Part shown: one piece after another, positions 17,428 through 27,463 of the stretch
How positions within the stretch are numbered: the first letter of the stretch is position 1
Layout: every line of letters begins with the position of its first letter
IMG/VR virus record: IMGVR_UViG_3300044701_003953
Coordinates: 1-64,000 of that record
Length of the DNA: 64,000 nt
Strand: one strand, 5' to 3'
The notes under the pieces: generated by a model
What the model saw: only the letters and a program-made list of their open reading frames with translations
Told to the model about the DNA's origin: nothing
The model's database searches: none
Made by a program: the position numbers and the translations under genes

Positions 17428-17862
17428 CTATTTACCTTTTCCTTGATGAAAAATCTGATCTTCGGTTACTATGCGAAAGTTTAGGCCTTGCCCTTTACAC
17501 CATGCACGGGCAGCTTCCCACTTGGCCATATTAAGTACCACGAATGCTTGATCACGGGTACTTTTAGCCTGTTCCATCGTGGTCTCTTTCTTGGGCTTGA
17601 CTTCGATCACTTCACCGATCTGGTTGCCATTTTTGTCCTGGTATATGATCAGGAAGTCGGGCACATAGATGGTGTTTTTACCTGTGAGCGGATTGCGATA
17701 GTTGATGTGTACTGCTTCGCTCGCCCATTTTAATATATTAGGATTGTTGTCGCAGAACTGCATGAAAACGAATTCCCATGCGCTACGATATGTGGGGGAT
17801 TTCTTACCTATGTACTTGTCGGGATTTTTTATCTGGAACTTTCCCTGGGCATACTTACTCAT
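17428..17862 (-). CDS. gp4: Head completion nuclease (T4 gp4 / TnsA-like)
   Basis: YRSAWE, WASE, YVPDF, IEVKP. Confidence 0.85.
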   Translation of the reverse strand: MSKYAQGKFQIKNPDKYIGKKSPTYRSAWEFVFMQFCDNNPNILKWASEAVHINYRNPLTGKNTIYVPDFLIIYQDKNGNQIGEVIEVKPKKETTMEQAKSTRDQAFVVLNMAKWEAARAWCKGQGLNFRIVTEDQIFHQGKGK

Positions 17863-18227
17863 GGTAATATACTACGTTGGATATATTTGTTTTTAACAGG
17901 CTGATTATTGATGCCCAATAAACTTGAATTGACACGATTGATATTTAAGAACATACAAAGATAGGCATTTAATTGATCCTTGCCCATCTTGTTAAACTCT
18001 GCTAAAACTTCCATGACATCTAGTTGTCGAGATTTACTAGTGTTTATAACTGCGCTAGCCAATGCCAAGGCACTTTCTTTATTATCAGTAATTTTTTCAA
18101 AGTTAGTGAAAATAGCATCGTTGATGTTTGATGAAACATCAAGGTCGGGCCGAAAGTAATTGTTAAAGAATCTTTCAGTTTTTGAATCACTGACTTCAAA
18201 ATTTGTAATAGTTCTTTTATCGGTCAT
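17859..18227 (-). CDS. Hypothetical tail/baseplate-region protein
   Basis: ATGA-coupled on both sides. Confidence 0.65.
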   Translation of the reverse strand: MTDKRTITNFEVSDSKTERFFNNYFRPDLDVSSNINDAIFTNFEKITDNKESALALASAVINTSKSRQLDVMEVLAEFNKMGKDQLNAYLCMFLNINRVNSSLLGINNQPVKNKYIQRSILP

Positions 18228-19354
18228 AACTCAAATCCCCCATCGTCTATACTAGAAAATCCAGATCGTTGTGTGCTGTTAGAAGCAGAAGGTGCATTGT
18301 TTATCACTTCTCCGTTGCTCCTTACTGAACGGCTACTCGACCCAATCGAAGCAAGCCCCGAAGTAACTTTGCTACTGATGTTTGATAAACTTGGAACATT
18401 GATTTTTGAGAGTGGATTATTGCCTCGTAGTATATCCATACCGATGCTTTTTAACTCGGCGCCAGCGATGGCTTTAAGATTAGATCCTCGAAAATTTTGA
18501 GCTCCGCGGGCGCCTTTGAGGGCTGCGCTTAAAAAGTTTCCGTCGGAAAGATCGGTGGTGATCTCGTCGATGGTGTTTAGTAACCCACCGGGGCCTAGGA
18601 TACTATTGGTGCCACCGCCGGCTGGTGTGAGTGGGCTGGGAACATGGTCATAGTGCAAGTCGGCGAATCCAGAAACAGTATTTTTGCTCACGTATCCGTA
18701 GGCATATTTCACCGTCTCAAACTGTACAGTCATCTCGTGAGTCATGGTACCATTTTCGCCGTTGACGTGCTCGCCGTGTCGGAATGCTGTGATCGTCGGA
18801 TTTATGAGTGTATACTCGCTGAACTTTTTCTGATAGAGGCTATAAATTCTAATAGCCTTTACAAACTGTTGTGTCCCGGGATTGTTGCCTGAAGAAAATC
18901 TAGGACTGTAGCCCCAGTCCTGGGATTGCCGAACTCCATATTTATGTGCTGAATTGTAGACGCTTTGTTGATAATCACTGTCTCGATAGTAATAACTGTA
19001 GTAGTCGTACCAGAAATTCCTGACTACATCTGCAGAGTCGTCGTGGAACACGATGTTGACAGGATCGTATTTGATCTTGTTTTGTACTACGTTGACACGA
19101 TTGTAAGCGTTAAAGGTTTTAGTATCAACTGTAAATTTTGGCAAAGAAGCTGACTTAACGATCATTCCTAACTCAAGTATTTGATCTCGAGGAATGCGAC
19201 TGATCTCGGGATTGATATCAACGGCCACATGAAAGAGGAAACCGTACTTGGGACTCAGCCTATAATTATCGCCAACAAAAAGTTTAGAGGCGTGCGAATA
19301 ATCCTTGACATTATCCCCGGTACTAAGTTCTTTAAGAAACTGATTTATGGACAT
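18224..19354 (-). CDS. Tail tube-like baseplate protein (gp54/gp48-like)
   Basis: VKSASLPKF, YDPVNIVFHDD and MTVQFETV resemble the tube fold; follows the tube gene. Confidence 0.55.
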   Translation of the reverse strand: MSINQFLKELSTGDNVKDYSHASKLFVGDNYRLSPKYGFLFHVAVDINPEISRIPRDQILELGMIVKSASLPKFTVDTKTFNAYNRVNVVQNKIKYDPVNIVFHDDSADVVRNFWYDYYSYYYRDSDYQQSVYNSAHKYGVRQSQDWGYSPRFSSGNNPGTQQFVKAIRIYSLYQKKFSEYTLINPTITAFRHGEHVNGENGTMTHEMTVQFETVKYAYGYVSKNTVSGFADLHYDHVPSPLTPAGGGTNSILGPGGLLNTIDEITTDLSDGNFLSAALKGARGAQNFRGSNLKAIAGAELKSIGMDILRGNNPLSKINVPSLSNISSKVTSGLASIGSSSRSVRSNGEVINNAPSASNSTQRSGFSSIDDGGFEL

Positions 19355-19386
19355 AGAAAAAATCCTTGCTCCTAGTATTTATGGCC

Positions 19387-19420
19387 AAAAAAAAGCCCGG
19401 AATTCCGGGCTTTGTTTTTT
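19387..19420 (-). terminator. Terminator after the tail tube gene
   Basis: aaaaaaagcccgg-aatt-ccgggctttgttttt; T tracts on both sides. Confidence 0.8.
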
Positions 19421-19449
19421 CTTCTGTGATTTTCTATGCGTCGTCTGGA

Positions 19450-20067
19450 TCAACCAGTCACAGTAGAGCCAATTGTACGAGCCACTGCGGAGCCAACTCC
19501 GGTACCAATTGGGCTTTGTACAGCGTTGTCGAATCTTATAGTTAAACTAATAGTTGCAGGATCGTTGGTGCTGTAATTCATGTCACCGTAGTCAACCTGA
19601 CTGATCTGGCATCCATACATCTCCCAAGTTTCAAGTACGTTGGGCGTGCTGGCACCGTTACCGCCATCGAGCACTTCGTAGCGCAGGATAAACTTGTAGT
19701 CAATGCCCGATGCTGCCGAGGCTTGTTCCATGAAGTCAAACTGCTTCTGGATCTGCTCGCCGACCAATTTAGCCACGTTGCCGGCTGCATCGTCACGCAA
19801 GTTCACTGAGGTTTCTTGCCATTCGGGCTTGCCTTGCAGGTAAACTTTGCTGTTGTAAACATCTAGTGTGATGGGATTGAAGTTTACACTGGGACGCTTG
19901 ATATCAATGACCTGTTTGGTCAATTCTACCTTAGGTTGGCTAACACCAAAACCGTCAAAACTAGCACGGAATCGGAACTTTAATTTTGGCATCAACAGAC
20001 CTTGTGCGCTGGCACTCTGATCTGTGGCTAATGGTACTGTAAATCTCGTCAATGATGATACTGACAT
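19450..20067 (-). CDS. gp19: Tail tube protein (gp19)
   Basis: Directly follows the sheath; KFRF..., LRDDA, WEMYGC, LTIRFDNA tube-fold pattern. Confidence 0.8.
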   Translation of the reverse strand: MSVSSLTRFTVPLATDQSASAQGLLMPKLKFRFRASFDGFGVSQPKVELTKQVIDIKRPSVNFNPITLDVYNSKVYLQGKPEWQETSVNLRDDAAGNVAKLVGEQIQKQFDFMEQASAASGIDYKFILRYEVLDGGNGASTPNVLETWEMYGCQISQVDYGDMNYSTNDPATISLTIRFDNAVQSPIGTGVGSAVARTIGSTVTG

Positions 20068-20145
20068 TTATATTCTCCTGTTACAGATATTTATCTGTGT
20101 CAAGGTAACAAACGAGGAGGGTTGACTCCTCGTTATATACCTATA

Positions 20146-23100
20146 TTATCCGCCCAACTTGGCGATATCGCCGGGGTTCTTCAAACGGATTGGAATGTAA
20201 ATGAATTCCACCGCTTTCATTGGCTCGATAGCAATATCGACATAGAGTTCATTGCGTGCAATTCGCTCTGGTGTATTGTTGGTGCTGTCGCAAACAACCA
20301 AGTAGTCATAGATACCACGCTTGGCCACTAAGTCGTTCATAGCGCCTTCAATGATGCTCTTGATTTGATCGCGTGTGATCTTGTCGTTGGGCTCAAACAA
20401 GAATCCGTTGCCTACGCTGGCCAATATCGTACGGATGTAGTTTACTAGACGAGCTACGTTTACGCGATCCATCGCAGATGCGGTTGGGTTTCGTGTCTTC
20501 TGGCCCCAAGCAACTAAACCAACACCGGGCAGGATAGTCAATGGGTTGACACGGTTCTCGTATAACGCATCGCGCATGCCTTGATTGATACCGTTACGGT
20601 TAAATCCGCCAGTCACAGGATTGATGTAACCAATGTCTGTAGCGTTATCAATCAGGCCGCGGCGTGTACCAGCTGGTGCAAACCATGGGTAAGAAACATT
20701 ATCGTTGCGGATGAATGTACGCAGCATCATATGCGATGCTGGGACAACGATAGTGTTGCCGTCTACGTCGTTGGTCAAACCAGCAGGATAGAAAATACCT
20801 AGATAAGGATCTGCTGTCGACAAGCCATCGCCGTTGACGTTGTTAGCCCAATTAGCAACAGCGATCGAATCTGTGGGCAGTGTCATTGGCGTGTCGCCGA
20901 TAACGAATGCTGTATTCTTACGATCGTTGTTGAGTGCAACCATGTTCGTGATTACTTCGGGGTAACCAGGTGCAGCGATCAGGTTGAAGAAGAACTGATC
21001 TTCACGGACTTGTGTGTTTCCGTCAATGGCACTGCGCATAGCTTTAACAACCATGTTGCGCTGTGCTTGTGCGCCCATGTATGGTGCACCATTGTCTTTG
21101 AGACCACTTACTGAGACCCAAGAACTGCGAACATCGGGCAATGTCTCGTTAGGGAAACTATCTTCATTGAAATAGTCACCGACATATTTCTTGACATTGA
21201 ATCCGCTTCGACGTGTGTTAAACAACAATGTTCCTCTGGGGTACAAACGTGGATTTGGTGCATCAAGATCGACATAGTTGCTGATCAGCATCTTGCCAAG
21301 GTCTGGCATTTCTCCAACGATTGGGTCAATCATTCCGCCAACTTGGAGGATCTCGTCGTCTTCACCAAGCTCGGTGTCGGCGTCCCAACGTGCGTCAGCA
21401 AAAATTATTCCGTTTTGGCTGATACGGTCTGTGTTGTCAATTGCTACCCACTTGTTTTGTGTGTTGTAACGATATAACTTGGGATAATTTTCTAGGTCTG
21501 ACGTGTCTAACCAAATATCTCCGGGTCGTAGAACAGAAATGCCATCGTTTTGTGTCTTTGGTTTAGTAGGAGAAATGATTGGGCCATTGGCATCAGTGTT
21601 TGTAAGATCGTATCCGCGGGCATCTGATGCCAGTGTACGATATCCTCTCCAGGCGCTACCATCATTGATCATGATATCGACTTGTGTAGGATCACCAAAG
21701 TACCAGTGTGTTCCATCATTAGGAGACGTGTATGGAGGATCAAAATCAATATCTGTTCGATTACTGATAGTGTCAAGTGCTTGATAAGAACTGATCACAT
21801 ATTCGGTCTCTGTGCTACGAGTATTTTGTTTGCTGAATCCGGCGCTCTCCATTGGAGATCCGGTGATTGTTTCGATCCAGATCGTTCCACCAGATAGGTG
21901 ACCGACGGTCACCGAACCAGTCGAAGAGTCGTATTGAGCAAAGACCTCTGGGGCATTAGCCGTTACGATTGCTCTCACAAAATTCGATTTAAACTCGTCG
22001 CTGGTGTCACCGCTATTAATAGTGATGACACTTGAAACAAATAGCTCGTCTGTACCGGGCTGTGTAGATCTCAGTATGATCGTTCCTCCGGTTAAACCTG
22101 AACCAGATCGTTTACGTGAAGTACGACCTTGCAATGTCTTGTAAAAGATATTGAGTGTGACGCCAGAAGTTAATATTCTATTGTCTCCGTACGATCTACC
22201 GATATTATCGTACTGTACGAATGATGTTCCTAATTGTACTGAGAATCCCCCAGCGATTGGGTCAAATCCATATATGGCACTTTGTTCGCTAGGATATGCC
22301 GGAACGGCTAACAAATTCCATGATGAAGATTCAGCATTGAATTGTTTCAGGGCAAGATTTAAGCCGCCGCCGATAGCCGATGTTTTGATGTAAACGCTAC
22401 CCGACGGTCTAGTTTCAGATGGTAGTATCCAATTTGGAACGTCAATATACGACCCCAGGAATGTTGCTGGGGCACGATACTCGCCGGCAGTAAGACCAAC
22501 GGATGCCAGTCCATTACCTTGGCCGGCTTCTATTTTTACGATGCCATCTTTATTGGCCCCGTCGTTTCCGCTCACTGCGTCTGCAGAGGCAAAAATTTCT
22601 AATTTGTCCCCATTAACGACAGCACGGACACCCGAAGCAAGTGGCGAACCGGGTGTGTATGAACCAAAACGTACTGTAATATCGCTAACTACTGTCTCAA
22701 GAGTATTGCCGGTGAATATAACTTCTTGACCATTGATGATGATTGAGTCATTGGGTTGTATAGTGCTCGACTCGGCAGGAACTGATCCAACTACTGTTGG
22801 CCAATTTTCAATTTGCCAAACAGTGGATCCCACTAGTCTCCAACGATTGCGAGAAGATTTGTGGAAGTATCTAATTTGTTTTTTATCGCAGACTACAGCA
22901 TAATCTCCGATTACACCAACACCATCACTAGGCAAATAAATAGGCACGCCACCAACTGTTATAACAGTAGCGTCGTTTTCTAGGTCAAATATTACTATAG
23001 GCTCTTTTGTAACAAATGCACCCCTTGATTTATCCCACTCATTGATGCCCCAGGCCGAATCACCGAGGTCTAACCATAAAGTAGCATCTTCGGGATCAGC

Positions 23101-23475
23101 TACAGGTCGAACCGAAGTTGGTTCAAGCTCGTCGAGATCAATATCAGCACGGATCGCATAAACGCGATTAGCTATAGCTAATGTGCTGTAGGCCGCCATC
23201 AAACCATATTCATTAAGTGCAGATCCATGCAAAGGAGTACCAGCGGCACTCTGCTTGAACTCAGGGTAACCCAGTGCCGATACTAATTCGCGTTGGCTGG
23301 TAAATACCTGCAATTTTCCAGCATTGGCCTTGGATGTTCCGGTGGCATAACTACCGTTGGATGTTTTGTCTTGTGCGGTAGCCAGGATCACCAATGGGGT
23401 GGATCCTACTGCGCCTGGTACATATTGACTCTCGTCTGTTACTGACAGTTGGAGTCCGGGTGATATCAGTGCCAT
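20146..23475 (-). CDS. gp18: Contractile tail sheath protein (gp18), unusually long (1109 aa)
   Basis: MALISPG, C-terminal WFAPAGTRRG, LYENRVNP, WGQKT, DRVNVARL, CDSTNNTPE, IEPMKAVEFI. Confidence 0.93.
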   Translation of the reverse strand: MALISPGLQLSVTDESQYVPGAVGSTPLVILATAQDKTSNGSYATGTSKANAGKLQVFTSQRELVSALGYPEFKQSAAGTPLHGSALNEYGLMAAYSTLAIANRVYAIRADIDLDELEPTSVRPVADPEDATLWLDLGDSAWGINEWDKSRGAFVTKEPIVIFDLENDATVITVGGVPIYLPSDGVGVIGDYAVVCDKKQIRYFHKSSRNRWRLVGSTVWQIENWPTVVGSVPAESSTIQPNDSIIINGQEVIFTGNTLETVVSDITVRFGSYTPGSPLASGVRAVVNGDKLEIFASADAVSGNDGANKDGIVKIEAGQGNGLASVGLTAGEYRAPATFLGSYIDVPNWILPSETRPSGSVYIKTSAIGGGLNLALKQFNAESSSWNLLAVPAYPSEQSAIYGFDPIAGGFSVQLGTSFVQYDNIGRSYGDNRILTSGVTLNIFYKTLQGRTSRKRSGSGLTGGTIILRSTQPGTDELFVSSVITINSGDTSDEFKSNFVRAIVTANAPEVFAQYDSSTGSVTVGHLSGGTIWIETITGSPMESAGFSKQNTRSTETEYVISSYQALDTISNRTDIDFDPPYTSPNDGTHWYFGDPTQVDIMINDGSAWRGYRTLASDARGYDLTNTDANGPIISPTKPKTQNDGISVLRPGDIWLDTSDLENYPKLYRYNTQNKWVAIDNTDRISQNGIIFADARWDADTELGEDDEILQVGGMIDPIVGEMPDLGKMLISNYVDLDAPNPRLYPRGTLLFNTRRSGFNVKKYVGDYFNEDSFPNETLPDVRSSWVSVSGLKDNGAPYMGAQAQRNMVVKAMRSAIDGNTQVREDQFFFNLIAAPGYPEVITNMVALNNDRKNTAFVIGDTPMTLPTDSIAVANWANNVNGDGLSTADPYLGIFYPAGLTNDVDGNTIVVPASHMMLRTFIRNDNVSYPWFAPAGTRRGLIDNATDIGYINPVTGGFNRNGINQGMRDALYENRVNPLTILPGVGLVAWGQKTRNPTASAMDRVNVARLVNYIRTILASVGNGFLFEPNDKITRDQIKSIIEGAMNDLVAKRGIYDYLVVCDSTNNTPERIARNELYVDIAIEPMKAVEFIYIPIRLKNPGDIAKLGG

Positions 23476-23576
23476 GTTGTTTTTCCTTTATATGACAAGT
23501 TATCAATATTTATTTTAGGATAACAAAATCCCACCGTTACGATGCCCTTAATTAAGGTTTAACCTTAAATAAGTGT

Positions 23577-23927
23577 ATGAAAATCAGGACATTATGCCCC
23601 ACTTGCAACGAAAGACCAGTAGCCGTCAATTGCCGTAAGAATGGAAAAACCTATTACAGGCGACAATGCGATCCGTGCATTAGAAAAGGGAAAGGAATCA
23701 AACCCAAACCACCATTATGGTTTCGGCAAGGATACAGAAAAAAATCTGTGTGCGATCGATGTGGATTTAAGTCCTCGTCAGATCGTCAGATGATGGTATT
23801 CCACGTGGACGGGGATCTAAAAAATGTGGACTGGAACAACCTCAAAACTATCTGTGCCAATTGCTCAATAGACTTGTTCCACAGTGGGTCAAAATGGAAA
23901 TTAGGAACTACCGTACCAGGTTTTTAA
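23577..23927 (+). CDS. Zinc-binding HNH-like protein
   Basis: CxxC pairs; CDRCGF...HVDGDLKN..WNNLKTICANC; TAAATA-N5-ATG. Confidence 0.65.
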   Translation: MKIRTLCPTCNERPVAVNCRKNGKTYYRRQCDPCIRKGKGIKPKPPLWFRQGYRKKSVCDRCGFKSSSDRQMMVFHVDGDLKNVDWNNLKTICANCSIDLFHSGSKWKLGTTVPGF

Positions 23928-24549
23928 TCTTGTTGTATAGATCTTCGATACTACTGTTGTTGTCGACTATATGATCAAAATCTGTCCCTATCCACGCCCA
24001 TTCTGAAGCGTGTACACCCGGGTACATCTGTGGCATTAATTGACCGTGATCTTCGAGAATGTATTGCTCTAACTCTGGGGTAGTGTTTTCTCGCAAAGCA
24101 CATTCGTACCACTCCGGTAAGTCTCCGCGCTGTACCCATATCACAGACCCCCCAGCTCTCTTGATGGCTGCGATTTCGTTGGGGAAACGGCAATCAGAAA
24201 TCACTAGGTCGTCAAGGCTTGTGCGGAGTTTGTTTTCTAAGCTGGCGATCCAGATATCGTCGTGGAACGCTTTGCGGCATACTTCTGTGCCCCAGTATTG
24301 TAGGACCCAGCGAGGAGTAAGATTGGGCATTCCTAGACGTTCCGACCACCACGGATCCACTTGCTCTCGCCATTCGCGGGCTTGTTTGGTGCGCCCTTCC
24401 AGCATGTCACGATCCCAGCCAAACACCGCGGCGACCGCATCCTTGAGCGTAGCGGCGAAACTTTCTCTCCGGAACTCATGGAAGTTTACTAGATAATCTG
24501 CGGCGGTGTCTTTGCCGCTGCCAATGAACCCACATATGCCTACGATCAT
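23908..24549 (-). CDS. Deoxynucleoside monophosphate kinase (T4 gp1-like)
   Basis: GFIGSGKDT P-loop, SFAATLKD, PRWVLQYWGTE, VISDCRFPNE, HASEW. Confidence 0.9.
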   Translation of the reverse strand: MIVGICGFIGSGKDTAADYLVNFHEFRRESFAATLKDAVAAVFGWDRDMLEGRTKQAREWREQVDPWWSERLGMPNLTPRWVLQYWGTEVCRKAFHDDIWIASLENKLRTSLDDLVISDCRFPNEIAAIKRAGGSVIWVQRGDLPEWYECALRENTTPELEQYILEDHGQLMPQMYPGVHASEWAWIGTDFDHIVDNNSSIEDLYNKIKNLVR

Positions 24550-24568
24550 GACGAATCTCCTTTGGTAC

Positions 24569-24597
24569 AGTATACACTATACCACCGAACATGTCAA
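24569..24597 (-). promoter_or_regulatory. Sigma70 promoter TTGACA-17-TATACT for dNMP kinase
   Basis: Plus tgtcaa 24592-24597 and agtata 24569-24574; AAGGAG SD downstream. Confidence 0.8.
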
Positions 24598-24986
24598 ACA
24601 CCGTATTTGTTCGTTTTGCGGGTTGGCACAGGACTGCGATTGTTTATATCGCTTAATTCTAGGCTTTTTTCTTGTGGGTTTGGTTTCAGTGCGTCGTCCC
24701 ACTCGACACCAACGGACCGATATGCCCGTTTTAGCATCTCCGATTCTAGTTTCGTGTAAGGTGCGGCTATGTTGTTACGGCCACACCAACTCTGGTCGGG
24801 TACAGATGATTCTGCTTTGCCATCAGACGCGGCTACTGCCATCATCACACGATTCAAGTCGTAGACACGATCGGCTGTGCCCGCTACACGATGTGCCGCA
24901 GGTATAGCCATTTCTTGATCTTTTCGTGGTTTGAGATTGTTGCGCACGGTTCCGGTGCGCCCTTCGGTGATTTCACGAGCTCGCAT
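24594..24986 (-). CDS. Hypothetical protein (130 aa)
   Basis: TAAATA-N5-ATG; N-terminus MRAREITE. Confidence 0.7.
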   Translation of the reverse strand: MRAREITEGRTGTVRNNLKPRKDQEMAIPAAHRVAGTADRVYDLNRVMMAVAASDGKAESSVPDQSWCGRNNIAAPYTKLESEMLKRAYRSVGVEWDDALKPNPQEKSLELSDINNRSPVPTRKTNKYGV

Positions 24987-25031
24987 ACTACTATTTAGAA
25001 TGCGATTGTGTTCTTTTGACCTACAGAAGTA

Positions 25032-25319
25032 TTAACGGAAGCGATTGAGTTTGTTGATCAAGCGACTGGCGGTGTTGATCTTTTTGGTGCGCTGTGCTCT
25101 ACGAGCCTGTGGCTTTTCGGTCCTAGCACGAGTCTTTTTCATGCGTTCTCGTTTAGCTACATCTATCTGATCGTTACAGTCACTGACTTGAGGGACTACA
25201 CGACCTTTGCGTGGGCCCGTTGTACAGCGCCATTTTAAAACAGGTTTGCCGCCACGAGTAGTAGTCTTGCGACGTGTCCAGACCATCTTGTGTTCCGTGA
25301 TGATCTCAGAGATTTTCAT
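25032..25319 (-). CDS. Small basic hypothetical protein
   Basis: Start trimmed to MKISEIITE, overlapping the gp13 stop; strongly Arg/Lys-rich. Confidence 0.65.
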   Translation of the reverse strand: MKISEIITEHKMVWTRRKTTTRGGKPVLKWRCTTGPRKGRVVPQVSDCNDQIDVAKRERMKKTRARTEKPQARRAQRTKKINTASRLINKLNRFR

Positions 25320-26191
25320 CAGCCTGTGATCCAAGTCAAAGGCATGGAGCCATCGACATAATCTTTGAGTTGTTGTTCGAGTGCGTCCATCTCAGCTTGC
25401 GCTTCGCTCTTGAGAGCAGAACCGTTTAATGCTGTGCCGCCCTGTGGACCGGCGATGGAGGCGAACTTCTCACGAGCTTCGCCCACGATGCGCTTGGCGA
25501 AACTGTAGGCATAGTCTTGGAGCCATGGGAAGATCATGTGATCATTGAACAGCATGATATCAGGTTTATAGTTATACAACCACAGCATCACAGGTTCTGT
25601 GCCCGACCCTGCGGGCATCTTGCGCACGATGGTAAGTTTCTTAGTAGCAGGATTGAATGTGAAATTCATGTGGCCGCCGAACATCTTCATGGCTAACTTT
25701 TGATAATCCACAAACAGTTCGTAACTAGAAAGGCCACCTACACGTCCGGCCACCAACATATAAGTGTTTAAATAACCCGAAGCAAAGGGCTCAAATTGAC
25801 TGGCTGTAGTGCCCGATACCGATCCGATACCACGACGTAGTATCTGGCGGACGGCCATGACTTCGCGTGGTAATATGTATTCTTGTGTTTCGGGAAGGAG
25901 TTCCATGAATGCATAACTCTCTTCCTGACTGTTAGAAGCACGTTGGCGATACTTGATCAGTGCTTGGTTGATAGCCAGATTGTAGTGCTCGGGATCTAGC
26001 TCAACATCAACGATCTGATCAGCGAGGCGCAGTCTGATATAGTCCGTGATCTCAGCACGTTTGGCTTCGACTACTTCTAGTTGGCTAGCATCGAACGCGA
26101 TGGGACCTGCGCCTGTGCCCGTGTTGGGGTCATACAGGTTATCGGTTTGGATGTTTAAGTTGGCATCAAGCCCGGTTTTAAGTGTGGCCAT
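25319..26191 (-). CDS. gp13: Neck protein (gp13-like)
   Basis: LRLADQIVDVEL, KQ/EKF..IAGPQGGTALNG..LKSEA pattern. Confidence 0.8.
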   Translation of the reverse strand: MATLKTGLDANLNIQTDNLYDPNTGTGAGPIAFDASQLEVVEAKRAEITDYIRLRLADQIVDVELDPEHYNLAINQALIKYRQRASNSQEESYAFMELLPETQEYILPREVMAVRQILRRGIGSVSGTTASQFEPFASGYLNTYMLVAGRVGGLSSYELFVDYQKLAMKMFGGHMNFTFNPATKKLTIVRKMPAGSGTEPVMLWLYNYKPDIMLFNDHMIFPWLQDYAYSFAKRIVGEAREKFASIAGPQGGTALNGSALKSEAQAEMDALEQQLKDYVDGSMPLTWITG

Positions 26192-26223
26192 TTACTGTGT
26201 CCTATTACACAGTATTTATGGCC

Positions 26224-27399
26224 TTACTGGACTTTGAGTAACAGGATGTCAGCGTTGATGCGCCCGTTGAGTTTAGCTTCGGTGGCACGGATCTCGTCCA
26301 AGAATTTGCGTAGCTGGACTTTAGATGCTTTGCCAAATTCCCGCAGTTTTTCCTCGGGTTTGCGGAGTGTCTTGCTCACGCTCTTAGACTCGTCATACCC
26401 AGTGATCGAAGTACCTTTGACTCCAAGCTCGTTAAATTGGGCAGCTACATACTTGCCTAGTTTGCGTGTCTTGACGTTATAAACCCATAGCTCTTGTGCG
26501 CCGATAATGTCCGAAGGAGATACAGATACCAATTTAAGGCTCTTATCTTCTTTGAGATATTTGAGCTTGGCTACCACTTTTTCTTTGCTCGGGGCTTTCT
26601 TGACACGGGCTTTGCGCTGTGTCTTCTTGACTTTCTCGAAGCTGTCGATATCGGCGAGGATACGATCGAGCCAACCAATGATGCGTTTGTAGTCAGCGGC
26701 TTTGAGATGGTTGTACCCTTCTTTGAGCTGTTCGTCCTGTCCCGATTTGGCCAGCTCTAGTTCATCTTTTTTATCCTGGAAAAGCACTCGCACTTTACCG
26801 ATCTGCGCTTGCGGCACTTTCTGTGTGGTCAGGAAATCATAGGCTTTATGATCCGTTTTGGCATTAGTATGGACTTCATCGACCCAGCCTTCCATCTCGC
26901 CTAATACTTCTGACAGTTTCTCATTGAGACGGTCCTGGATAGTGGGACGATAAGGTTCGGGTTTCTTTTCTCCCTTCGCCACTGGCTCGTCCGCGTCGTC
27001 GTTGGCATGCTTCGCGGCGTCTGCGATCCATCCGCGGATCTTTTCCAGTGCGTTATCTTTAAGCGGCATGCCTTGTTCGTTGGCCTTGATCAGGCTACAA
27101 AGAGTCATCGGGGTATGACGATCTGGGCTCTTGATATATGCCTTCGCTGTTTCGGGGTCGATTTTACCCGATGTCTTGACCCACTCGTTGACATATTTCC
27201 GCAGTTCTTTGACCGAATAGAAATAGTTGTAATAACGGAGACTGTTCCGTAGATGATGATCGAAATCATCATCGCTCATGGCCCAAGCACGTTCGGCGTC
27301 CCATGCTGGTTCACCGCCAGTGTACTTCTCGTCGGCGAACAACGGGTTTCGGGTGGCTTTGACTTTAGCTTTGATCGTCTTACCGTTTACTTTTACCAT
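26224..27399 (-). CDS. Hypothetical basic protein (391 aa) with its own early promoter
   Basis: Long ORF with phage-like codon usage; sigma70 promoter upstream. Confidence 0.75.
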   Translation of the reverse strand: MVKVNGKTIKAKVKATRNPLFADEKYTGGEPAWDAERAWAMSDDDFDHHLRNSLRYYNYFYSVKELRKYVNEWVKTSGKIDPETAKAYIKSPDRHTPMTLCSLIKANEQGMPLKDNALEKIRGWIADAAKHANDDADEPVAKGEKKPEPYRPTIQDRLNEKLSEVLGEMEGWVDEVHTNAKTDHKAYDFLTTQKVPQAQIGKVRVLFQDKKDELELAKSGQDEQLKEGYNHLKAADYKRIIGWLDRILADIDSFEKVKKTQRKARVKKAPSKEKVVAKLKYLKEDKSLKLVSVSPSDIIGAQELWVYNVKTRKLGKYVAAQFNELGVKGTSITGYDESKSVSKTLRKPEEKLREFGKASKVQLRKFLDEIRATEAKLNGRINADILLLKVQ

Positions 27400-27433
27400 T
27401 TCGTGTATTTCCTATGCGGAGTGGATTATCGCT

Positions 27434-27463
27434 ATTATAAAGGTCATTTGAGTTATCAGTCAA
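27434..27463 (-). promoter_or_regulatory. Sigma70 promoter TTGACT-18-TATAAT
   Basis: Minus TTGACT 27463-27458, TATAAT 27439-27434. Confidence 0.75.
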
